In this document: positions 1 through 10,000 of the stretch, piece by piece
How positions within the stretch are numbered: the first letter of the stretch is position 1
How the letters are laid out: each line of letters starts with the position of its first letter
Source of the DNA: Opitutales bacterium
Lineage (GTDB): Bacteria > Verrucomicrobiota > Verrucomicrobiia > Opitutales > Seribacteraceae
Length of the DNA stretch: 64,000 nucleotides
Assembly (NCBI GenBank): GCA_038105525.1
Contig: JAYOCQ010000008.1
Location: 10,509 to 74,508 of the forward strand
Direction of reading: 5' to 3'
The notes under the pieces: generated by a model
Databases searched by the model: none
What the model was told of the DNA's origin: nothing
The model's input: only the letters and a program-made list of their open reading frames with translations
Made by a program: the position numbers and the translations under genes

Positions 1-1
1 C

Positions 2-676
2 AGGTTGTTAAAGGAGGAACATGGGTTTGAAGTCATGCCCCATTTGACTTGCGTGGGGCATACCCGAGACGAGCTTTTGGAAATCCTCGAGGAATTCGCT
101 CAGGCAGGATTTCGAAACGTCATGGCTCTGCGGGGCGATCCTCCCAAAGGAGAAACCACTTTCAAAGCGGCTCCAGGCGGACTCTCCTACGGATCCGACC
201 TGGTAGCCTTGATTCGGGCAAATTTTCCTGATTTTGGAATTGGCGTGGGTGGCTATCCGGAAAAGCATCCCGAAGCGGAGTCTGCAGAAATCGATCTGCA
301 AAACCTCAAAACCAAAGTGGATGCGGGAGCGGACTTTATTACCACCCAGCTTTTTTTCGATAATGCGGTATACCATCGCTTCGTGGATCGTTGCAGAAAC
401 GCGGGAATCGGCATTCCGGTACTGCCCGGCTTGCTCCCCGCGCTATCCATCGGCCAAGTGAGGAGGTTTTGCTCGATGTGCGGGTCCGGACTACCTGCCG
501 AACTCGAAAAAAATCTAGAAATGACCGGTGAGGAAAATCAATCGGATGCGGGAGCCGATTGGGCCCTTCGGCAAATCAAGGATCTCCTCGACAAAGGCGC
601 CCCCGGGTATCATCTGTATGCCCTGAACAAACCTCGAAGCACCCTCCGCATACTGGAGGGATTGGGGAGAAGATGA
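2..676 (+). CDS. metF: 5,10-methylenetetrahydrofolate reductase (5'-truncated by window edge)
   Basis: Motifs PHLTC, ALRGDPP, GYPEKHPE, KVDAGADFITTQLFFDN and HLYALN. The frame is open from position 2, so the true start lies upstream of the window. Confidence 0.95.
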   Translation, partial: RLLKEEHGFEVMPHLTCVGHTRDELLEILEEFAQAGFRNVMALRGDPPKGETTFKAAPGGLSYGSDLVALIRANFPDFGIGVGGYPEKHPEAESAEIDLQNLKTKVDAGADFITTQLFFDNAVYHRFVDRCRNAGIGIPVLPGLLPALSIGQVRRFCSMCGSGLPAELEKNLEMTGEENQSDAGADWALRQIKDLLDKGAPGYHLYALNKPRSTLRILEGLGRR

Positions 677-1546
677 TCAGATTCCGGAAACTTCCTCGAT
701 GGTGACCTGAGCTTTCAGTCCATCGAGGAAAGCTTCGAATACCTTGTCTTTTTTGCGTTCGGTCAAGTATTCGATCACTTTTTCCCTAATCTGCGCAAAG
801 GGAGTTGCCTGGGGAGGAATCCTTTCATGCAACCGAATGAGGTGCCATCCGAACTGAGTGCGAACAGGTTCGCTCAATTGTCCGGGCTCCAAGGCAAAGG
901 CAGCTTGCTCGAATTCGGGCACCATTCTGCCCTTCCCAAAATCTTCAAGTTTGCCCTCGTTGGACTTGTCATCGGATTCCAGCCGGACCAATTCGATGAA
1001 ATCCTCACCTTCCTCCAACCGACGACGCCAATCCCTGACCACGCCGAGAGCCAGAGCGAATTCCTCCTCGGTCTTGGCCATCTTCAGGAGGTGAGAAGCG
1101 GACAATCTTTCTTCGGTCCGAAAAAGTTCCGGTCTTTCCTCATAATACTTGAGGGCCTCCGCATCGGAGACCCTCTCGCATCGCGATTCCTCCTCGAGCA
1201 ATCGGTTGAAGCGAATTTGATTGGCCAGTTCACGCTTCAGGTCCTCCGTATTGCGAATCATGGGATTGTTCATTTTTTCAAACGCCTTCTTCCCACCGTT
1301 TTGCTTCATCCACTGCTTGACTTTCCTCTGAAGCTCCTCGGCATTGACTTCGTAGTTGCGTTTGGCGCTCTCACGAGCCATCAGGGCCTGATCGATCAAT
1401 CGTTCCTTGGCAAGATCAAGCGCTGAAATCCAAATGATTTCACGCGGTTTGCCGGACATGCTCCGAGCGACGTTATCAAAGAGGGCCTCGGCCTGCCTCT
1501 CGATTGCCCAATCGGGAATCAATTGATCATCTATCTTGATGGACAT
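677..1546 (-). CDS. PpiC/parvulin-type peptidyl-prolyl isomerase with N-terminal helical chaperone region (NifM/PrsA-like)
   Basis: ASHLL, F-G-K-G-R-MVPEFEQAAFAL and PVRTQFGWHLI rotamase motifs. No signal peptide. Its stop codon directly abuts the metF stop (TGA-TCA at 674-679). Confidence 0.88.
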   Translation of the reverse strand: MSIKIDDQLIPDWAIERQAEALFDNVARSMSGKPREIIWISALDLAKERLIDQALMARESAKRNYEVNAEELQRKVKQWMKQNGGKKAFEKMNNPMIRNTEDLKRELANQIRFNRLLEEESRCERVSDAEALKYYEERPELFRTEERLSASHLLKMAKTEEEFALALGVVRDWRRRLEEGEDFIELVRLESDDKSNEGKLEDFGKGRMVPEFEQAAFALEPGQLSEPVRTQFGWHLIRLHERIPPQATPFAQIREKVIEYLTERKKDKVFEAFLDGLKAQVTIEEVSGI

Positions 1547-1624
1547 TTTCTTCTCTTAGGCTCTTCGAAGTAATTTGCCAAGGTTCAAGAATTCACACCA
1601 ATTCTCAATTCCGTCTCAATCGAA

Positions 1625-1654
1625 TTGACCCAAGAGATTTTTTCATAATAGAAT
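1625..1654 (+). promoter_or_regulatory. Putative sigma70 promoter of the fur-nadA unit
   Basis: TTGACC (1625-1630), 18 bp spacer, TAGAAT (1649-1654), ending 14 nt before the ATG at 1669. Confidence 0.55.
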
Positions 1655-1668
1655 GCAACGTATCTTAC

Positions 1669-2136
1669 ATGACCAGTCATAAAATGGACTCTTGGAAAAG
1701 CTTTTCCAATTACCTCATCAGCAAGGGCTTGCGCATGACCGGCCAAAGAAGGTCGGTCTTCGAAGCGCTCTACTGTCAATCCGGTCATTTTACCGCCGAT
1801 CAGTTGCTTCATGATGCCCGTAAGGCGGATCAATCCGTATCACGGGCCACGGTTTACCGTTGCCTGCCCTTGTTGGTGGAAAGCGGGGCTGTCCGTAAGA
1901 TCGACGTCGGGCAGGAAAACAAATTCTACGCCCTCAACCGCTCCAGCGATACCTTCAAGGCTCAAGTCATTTGTTCGGACTGCGATCGCATCTTCGACGT
2001 GGACGCTCCTTTCATGGAATGGTACGGGCGCACCGTTTCGGAAAAACTCGGACTCTCGGTCAACGACCAACGACTCCAAGTTCATGCAAGCTGTCCCTCT
2101 CATGCGGACAAACAAGCCTGTCCTCAAAAAACCTAA
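1669..2136 (+). CDS. Fur-family transcriptional regulator (atypical metal site)
   Basis: GLRMTGQR, HFTADQL and VSRATVYR winged-helix motifs; ICSDCDRI CxxC; C-terminal C-x2-H. Confidence 0.88.
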   Translation: MTSHKMDSWKSFSNYLISKGLRMTGQRRSVFEALYCQSGHFTADQLLHDARKADQSVSRATVYRCLPLLVESGAVRKIDVGQENKFYALNRSSDTFKAQVICSDCDRIFDVDAPFMEWYGRTVSEKLGLSVNDQRLQVHASCPSHADKQACPQKT

Positions 2137-2159
2137 CCCTCAGCCGAAATCCTTCTTAG

Positions 2160-3143
<984 letters not shown>

Positions 3144-3151
3144 CTCAAAAG

Positions 3152-4291
3152 TCAGGCAAGCACTTCGATTTCTTTCGGAAAGGAGCTTTCTCCGAATGCA
3201 GCCAAATGGCTTCGCAGCAGTTGTAAAAGGGCTAAATTCACGACCGATCCTGCGGGAGCCATCATTTCTCCGTCGGGTGACCGAAGGTCATTCCGCAGCC
3301 TCATACCCGGGGCTAGTTCGGAAAGGCAGAGCGAACGAGCGTTCATCACTCCGCCCGAAAGCTCGAGTGAGTTGGCCAATGCATCCAGGGCCCCGGGGAG
3401 AAAAACAGATTCCATCTTGCGAAGGCCTTCGAAAGTTTCGCTCTTGGAACAGCCCCGGCAAGCGTATTGATCGAATTCCTGAGCGAGGCGGATGACCGAT
3501 GCAACCATCCTTTCATCCGATTCGCCATCCACGCTGTCTTCATAGTCCGAACCAACCAGCTCGATGATGCGCCGAATTTTGTTCAAACGCGGAATGTCCT
3601 TGAGCAGGTTGCTGACGAATTCAGGAAATCCGTCGATCACTTTTTGCAGTTCCTGCGACACCTCCCCTGATTCATAAACCAGTTTCTGGATATCCTCAGG
3701 CAGTGTAAGAAAGCCAAGGTAGCAAAAGTCGACGGCGACCTCCAAACGCCATTCATGGGCAAGCCTCATTTCCTGAGCCACTTTCCTGGAGAGCCGTTTC
3801 ACTCTTTGGGCCCGACCAAAGAACAATGGGTTGGCCGCCGCAAGAAGAGAGGTCATGGCTCCGATGGCTCCATTCAAGGTCTTTTCCAAAAGCTCTTTTT
3901 CCGAACGAATCAGCTCATACTGACGCAACGCTTGCTTGAGGTTTTCATCCAAGGTTTCCGGAGAGCAAGGCTTTCCCAGCAAACGAAAGATTTCACCCCG
4001 GCGCACGACGTCGCACAAGTCGTCGAAATTGGCCTGACCGGTAAGAAGAATGGTCACCACTTCCTTGTCCTGTTCGCGTACCTTTTCCAAGAAGTCCGCA
4101 CCATTGAGTCCAGGCATGGCAAAATCGGAAACGACCACTTCGAAGGGACCTTCTTCCTCAAGCAATCGTAGTCCTTCGCTTCCGCTGTTGGCGCAAAAAA
4201 CCGAATATTTGCGACCAAGGTTGAGCTTGAATCCCTTGAGAATGGATTCTTCGTCGTCTACGAAGAGTACTTGGGGCAAATCCGGGCTCAC
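3152..4291 (-). CDS. Response regulator: receiver domain plus degenerate HD/HD-GYP-like output domain
   Basis: VLFVDDE, VVSDFAMPGLNG (phospho-Asp), LLTG and LGKP; ELLEKTLNG coiled linker; helical HD-like region without the HD dyad. GTG start. Confidence 0.85.
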   Translation of the reverse strand: MSPDLPQVLFVDDEESILKGFKLNLGRKYSVFCANSGSEGLRLLEEEGPFEVVVSDFAMPGLNGADFLEKVREQDKEVVTILLTGQANFDDLCDVVRRGEIFRLLGKPCSPETLDENLKQALRQYELIRSEKELLEKTLNGAIGAMTSLLAAANPLFFGRAQRVKRLSRKVAQEMRLAHEWRLEVAVDFCYLGFLTLPEDIQKLVYESGEVSQELQKVIDGFPEFVSNLLKDIPRLNKIRRIIELVGSDYEDSVDGESDERMVASVIRLAQEFDQYACRGCSKSETFEGLRKMESVFLPGALDALANSLELSGGVMNARSLCLSELAPGMRLRNDLRSPDGEMMAPAGSVVNLALLQLLRSHLAAFGESSFPKEIEVLA

Positions 4292-4384
4292 GTTTCAAGT
4301 AAGAAGTCTCCTCTCCAAGAGGTCAATTCCCATCACAAATTCACTTCTTCAAAAGCAAAGGGCATAAAATCACGAATGTCGGAA

Positions 4385-6292
4385 TCAGGGTCGAGAGACC
4401 GCAACCCAACGAAGATTGGCGAATTCAGGAGGTTCCCCTTGCCAATCGCCTCCGATCGTCTTGGTTGCCCCTTTGCCTCTCTGTCCGAAAGTCAGGTTCT
4501 CACGCCCATCGATGCGAAACTCCTTGATACCTCGCCAATCAGAAAGTCCCTTTCCCTCAGCAGTCAGGAAATCAGAGCATGAAAAAAGAAACCTTTGCCA
4601 TGCATCATTGCCGAGCAAGGATAATTCCACCCCATGATTATCGATCCACAGCGCCAGTTTATTCGCAATCGAAGAGCGAACCTCGATACTCAGCAATGAA
4701 TTCTCTTCGGGCGCGCTCCACTGGTCTTCGTACAATTTGTTTGTCCGCAAACCCCATTTGCTTCGGTCATAGGAAAACCAATGATGCCTCCATTCATCGG
4801 CAAATGACTCGATCAACGATTCGCGAGAAAGCCTTGAGGGAACTTCGGAAGCGACCAATTCTTCGGAGGAGGCAACTTGTAGGAGCGAGGAAAGGTTGAA
4901 CACTTGGGTATCATAGAATCCGTGATAGTAGCCGGCCCCGAAAACCGGTTCCTCCAGCTCGTAAAGAACGTTAGCGTAAGCCCAAAGATTGCGCCCACTG
5001 CCATAGAGGGGCAACTCCGCCTTCCAAGTCTCGGATTCTTGGTCAAAAATCGGCTGGACGAACCGCCAGAACCTGTGCTTGGTATTGCTGGAATCATCCT
5101 GAAGCGCGCCTCTGACCTGCACCTTGCCTTGCTGCGTGTAATACACTTCCACCGCCCTGACTTTTTGAGAATCGTCCACTCGGACGGTGAATTTTGGATT
5201 TTCTTCCGCTTGCAAATACAATCGAGCGACCGGAGTCCGAGGCAGGAGAATGGTTTTCTTCAGGTGCTGATCGAACCAAAGCTGGGTCAACGCTTCGAAC
5301 TCAGCCGTATCCTGATGGTTGTGATGAGGAGAAGAGGTGATCCTCCAATCAGTTGATTTGATTTCCCGGATCGCAGCTTCCAAATCGTTGATTCGTCCGT
5401 GAAAATCATTGGATGGACTTAAAAAAGCGATGGGACAAGAGATATTGCGAAGACTGGAAGGATCGCCGATGGTGGAAAAACGCAATTCGTCCTCCGCATA
5501 GCGATCGCTGATTCCTCCGCAGGAAGGAGCGGCGGCTCCAACCCGGGAGTCGGCGCCGGCAATCATAACCGTAAGTTTCCCTCCCATGGAATGTCCGTAG
5601 ACACCCAATCTGGATCCATCGACCTCCGGTTGTCTTTCGAGAAAAGTCAGCCCTCGGCGACCGGCAAGAGCGATCAAATACCACGAACTGTTTCGGGGAG
5701 ATGGAAAGGGATCGATCGTCCAGTTCTCGACCGGAAGTGAAGAAAAAGCGTCTTTGCCGTGACGACTGGGAGCATGATAAGCGTCAAGAGCACCCCAATC
5801 AGTTGTCAGTCGGTATCGGGGGTCATCCGACTTGCCCTCCCAAAAAAGCCTGACGACTTCCGGAGAAACATGGTAGTTGGGTGAGGATATTCGCCCAGCC
5901 CAAGCAATGGACAGAGTTGCGTAGCCACGCTTTGCGTTATGCAGGACGGGACGATGATCGGCATATTGTCCGCCACCATGCACTTGAAGCAAAGCGGGCA
6001 GGTTCGATCCTTCCTTTGGAAACCCGTAGACAGCCGCCATCATTGATCTCTTTCCCTTGAAATCTCCGATGCGATACCTCACGATCCTCATCACTACGCT
6101 CTCTTGCTCCCATTCCTTCAGGGTTTCGATTTCCAAAGGTTCTGCACGAGGATCGAAACCTTGCCACATTTCCTCGAAACCGATCGGCGGACCAACGGAA
6201 AAAACCGAGGCGTTTTGTTCTTGAAAGACAAAAGAACCCCCGAAACAAGTGGAACAAAGAAAGACGAGCAGGAATGAAAAAGCCGATTTCAT
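4385..6292 (-). CDS. Secreted alpha/beta hydrolase (dienelactone hydrolase/carbohydrate esterase-like) with C-terminal beta-rich, possibly carbohydrate-binding domain
   Basis: LLQVHGGGQ oxyanion region, GVYGHSMGG nucleophile elbow, PSNDFH and HHNH. Start placed at ATG 6292 because it exposes a signal peptide (MKSAFSFLLVFLCSTCFG). Confidence 0.8.
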   Translation of the reverse strand: MKSAFSFLLVFLCSTCFGGSFVFQEQNASVFSVGPPIGFEEMWQGFDPRAEPLEIETLKEWEQESVVMRIVRYRIGDFKGKRSMMAAVYGFPKEGSNLPALLQVHGGGQYADHRPVLHNAKRGYATLSIAWAGRISSPNYHVSPEVVRLFWEGKSDDPRYRLTTDWGALDAYHAPSRHGKDAFSSLPVENWTIDPFPSPRNSSWYLIALAGRRGLTFLERQPEVDGSRLGVYGHSMGGKLTVMIAGADSRVGAAAPSCGGISDRYAEDELRFSTIGDPSSLRNISCPIAFLSPSNDFHGRINDLEAAIREIKSTDWRITSSPHHNHQDTAEFEALTQLWFDQHLKKTILLPRTPVARLYLQAEENPKFTVRVDDSQKVRAVEVYYTQQGKVQVRGALQDDSSNTKHRFWRFVQPIFDQESETWKAELPLYGSGRNLWAYANVLYELEEPVFGAGYYHGFYDTQVFNLSSLLQVASSEELVASEVPSRLSRESLIESFADEWRHHWFSYDRSKWGLRTNKLYEDQWSAPEENSLLSIEVRSSIANKLALWIDNHGVELSLLGNDAWQRFLFSCSDFLTAEGKGLSDWRGIKEFRIDGRENLTFGQRGKGATKTIGGDWQGEPPEFANLRWVAVSRP

Positions 6293-6475
6293 CGATTCAA
6301 GTTTGAAGATTAGATGATTCAATCGGATTTTGCAACCACCGCAATTTACCTTGTCATCCAAGCGTTCCTTCATCGATAGGGAATTTCAACTCGTTTTGCT
6401 AGGGAGATCCTCACTTCTAAACGTTGATAACTCAAGATAGACCCTAGGTAGGAAAAGAACTACTAATGTCTGGTG

Positions 6476-6844
6476 ATGAATGAAGTTACCATTTCAGGCA
6501 CGGTAAAATTCGTGGACGAGGTTCGTGAATTCGGCAGCAACGGCTTTCGCAAGCACCAAGTGGTGATCGAGACGGGAGACGGAAGGTGGGAGAACCCAAT
6601 TCCAGTCGAATTCACTAAGGAAAACATTGATTTAAGTAAAAATCTCAAGGTCGGCGACCAGGTAACGGTCGAATCAAGAATCAATGGTAGAGAGTGGTCC
6701 GGAAAAGATGGGGTGACCAAGTGGTTCACCTCGATAAACGCTCATAAGTTGATCAAAAAAGAAGAGAATTCAACCGCAGACCCAAGTTCCTCCTTCGATA
6801 CTTACGACGAATATGACGAGGGGTTGGAGGAAGACGTTTTCTGA
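6476..6844 (+). CDS. DUF3127-family OB-fold, SSB-like protein
   Basis: GSNGFRK, PVEF, LKVGDQVTV, INGREW and KWFTSINAHKL motifs typical of DUF3127; acidic tail DEYDEGLEEDVF. Confidence 0.8.
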   Translation: MNEVTISGTVKFVDEVREFGSNGFRKHQVVIETGDGRWENPIPVEFTKENIDLSKNLKVGDQVTVESRINGREWSGKDGVTKWFTSINAHKLIKKEENSTADPSSSFDTYDEYDEGLEEDVF

Positions 6845-7032
6845 GTTCTTTTTTCACTTCTGAAATTTCTTTTGAAATTTACGTATTTTCCTCTTTGAAT
6901 TCGCTAATACAAGGAGTGGAATTATAACAATTTCTTTATCTTCCCTGAATTTATTAAATAACTTTTTAAAAAGAAAAGTTAACATAATTTTACTTCTCCA
7001 ATTAGTTTTCTTGCTCGTGTGCGCATGTAAGT

Positions 7033-7062
7033 TTGATTTCGGTGCCGGAAATCTGCTATATT
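7033..7062 (+). promoter_or_regulatory. Putative sigma70 promoter with extended -10 for the giant gene
   Basis: TTGATT (7033-7038), 18 bp spacer, TGc-TATATT (7054-7062). It ends 7 nt before ATG 7070 and follows an AT-rich tract. Confidence 0.55.
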
Positions 7063-7069
7063 TAGATCA

Positions 7070-10000
7070 ATGCGCCTTTTGACCCTGATCCGACCCTTCG
7101 TCGCTTGGTTCTTCCTTGCATGTACATGGTCGTTTGGTTTGGTTCGCGAAGATGCCCTGATCGTGAGGTGGTCTTTTGACGAGGGCAGCGGCACCCTGGC
7201 CTACGACGCCGAGGGAATCGGAATGCCCGTATTTCTAGATCCCGCCGTGGGATGGGGTTCGGAGGACAACGGAACCGCTTTGTCAAGAAGGTCACTGGAC
7301 GTCAGTCAGGCTCAGGGGTTCGCTTATGCGGAAGCAAATGACCGGCTCAAGGTAACCTCGAACTTCAGCTACCTGATCTGGTTCAAATCAAACGGTCTCC
7401 CCGACGACTGGTCGCAGTTGTTGGGCAAAAGAGAACAACTGTCCTTCTCTTACTTCACGCAAATCAATCCGGGTGGCGAAACGATCGAATCATCTTTTCG
7501 TGTCTTGGGATTGGACGAGCAGTTCGCCAGCACCGGGCCCGTGGGCTACCGTTTGGATGCATGGAATTGCCTGATTTCAACTTTCGACGGCTACCGTTTG
7601 CAGACTTTTCTCAACGGCAAGCTGGTTGGCGCGCTTCCCCTCTTCCAATCTCCGGAAAACGACGACGGAAACCTCGGAATCGGAGGATCCCCGGACGGCA
7701 GCAACCTGTTCAAGGGTTGGATCGACGAAATTCGCTTCTACTCGACGGCCTTGACCGTCGAAGAGGCTTCACTGATCTACGGTGAAGGATACGGGGACCT
7801 CGGGGCTCGTCCGATTTTTGAAACGAACCCATCCACCGACGAGGAAAACTCCACCCTGATCATCTCCTTCGCAGCTCCTTCCGGCGAGTTGACGGCCGTA
7901 ACCGGATTCGACGAGGCGGATCTGTTGTTGGAAGGCGCATCCCTCACCGACTTTGCGGAACTCAACTCCACCCATTATCGCGTGGTCGTAAGAGCGAACA
8001 AGAAACCGCAACGAATCAAAGTTCGCATTGGGGCCGGCAGCGCCAGAGACGAGGGAAACTTCTCCATCTCCTCGGCATCCACCCGCATCAACTACCTCGA
8101 CCAAATTACCGGCGCCAAAAACCTCGTCGGTTGGTGGACCTTCGACGAAGCATTCTCCTCCGTCGACGAAACATGGACTCCCCAAGAGCTTTCTCCCCAA
8201 CTCTGGCTGGACGCATCCGACGAAGGCAGCATCGTCCATTCCTCCAACCAAGTAAGCCAGTGGTACGACAAGAGCGGAAACGGCAACAACCTGACTGCTA
8301 TCGGGGACCCGAAAACAAACACCCGCGTCCTCAACCAGACCAACGTCATAGATTTTGACGGAGACGACTACTTCGAATCCGCGAGCTCCTATGCAACCGG
8401 TAGCGACTTCTCACTTTTCCTGGTTGCCGGAATCGACGAAATCGATCACGGAAATGACTCGATTTTCGCAATCAGACAATCGACCGGCCACCCAAGTTTC
8501 CAGATCGATGCATCCGACGCCTCCTCCTTCAAGGTTCGTTTTCTGCAAACCGACATGGGCATCGACAAAACCTTTTCTTCGGACCAGAACCACGGACCGA
8601 GCATCTACGGATTCGTTTTCGACGATGAGTCCGATTTGCTGGAAGCATTCGTCGACGGAGCCAGTCTCGGAACCGCCACCTACTCCTCCCCGCCCAATCA
8701 AGGGAACAAATTCACCCTTTTTTCAAACCGTGGAAGATCAGCCAAAATCAACGGCTTGGTCGCAGAGGTGATCGGTTTGCCGATCGTTCCCAGCAGTACG
8801 GAACGTCAAAACCTTCATGACTACCTAGGCAGAAAATGGGGCTTGTCCTTGAGCGAAACAAGCTATGCGGATCAATCGGGAGGCGACCGCAACCTCGTCC
8901 ATTTCGGAAAGGAAGCCACGGAGGAGTCTTTTTTTGGTTCGTCCCTATCCTTCGACGGGGTGGAATCATACGGTCACGTACCTGTTCTCGATCCAAGGCA
9001 GGAGACCGTCTCGCTTGAGGAGGTCACTCGACCCGACCTGCTTCATGCCTGGTGGCCCATGGACGGAAACGCTTCCGATCGATCGGGCAATGAACGGGAC
9101 GGGGACGACCAGAACCGCCTCTCTTTTGCAAACGGTCGGTTCGGACAGGCATTGGATTTGTCTCTGGGCGGTTCCTTCGTGGTGCCGGAGAGCGTCGGTC
9201 CGGGCATTCTCGGCGACCAAGCCAGAACCGTTTCCATGTGGGTCAAGACCTTCTCCCTTAACGTCCCTCTTCTTGAATGGGGCACGAATACCGGTAATGG
9301 AAACTTTTGGAAATTGTACCTGGATTTCAACACCGGCCCAGGTGGAACCTTGGGCGTCGATCTGACCGGTGGCACTCAAATCGGCGGATCGTACCCGGCA
9401 AACGACGGAAAATGGAGACACCTGGCCGTAAGTTTAAGCGAAAAACTCGAAGGTTCGCAAAAAATCACCCTCTACGTCGATGGCTACGCCGAGTCCCTCC
9501 ATTACAGCACGTTCGTTCCCACTAGTCTCCTGATCGACACCCGATCCTCCGACCTGAACGTCGGAGGTTCCGGATTCATCGGCATGATCGATGACGTACG
9601 CATCTACTCCGACGAACTCAATTCGGGCGAAATTCTAGCCATCAATCGAGAAATGAGCGAAGACGATCTGAACTTGGCGGGAAGCGACCACACCCTTTCG
9701 GTTTGGATCAAACCCGACCTACTCCCCTCCGTCAACAAGTTCGAATTCGTTTACGGACGCTTTTTTTGGAGAAATTGGGGAGGCGACGTCAGGGCCCAAA
9801 CATGGCCCCAGGATTCGACTCATTCGGAAGTACCCCAGTTCAGCGCCGGCACCAACGAACTCGAGCACCTCTTCAATGATCCGGTGGAAATGTACCTTTT
9901 TGAATCTCCCAACGTGAACGCAAACGGAGCGTCCTTGGTAGGAGCCGACATCTGGGGACAGCGATCCATCACCGATGCCTGGGGATTCCTCGAAGACGGC

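Noticed and set aside
6293-6373. Longer N-terminus of the hydrolase (ORF-track start 6373)
   Set aside because: The extra 27 aa would mask a clear signal peptide starting at ATG 6292.
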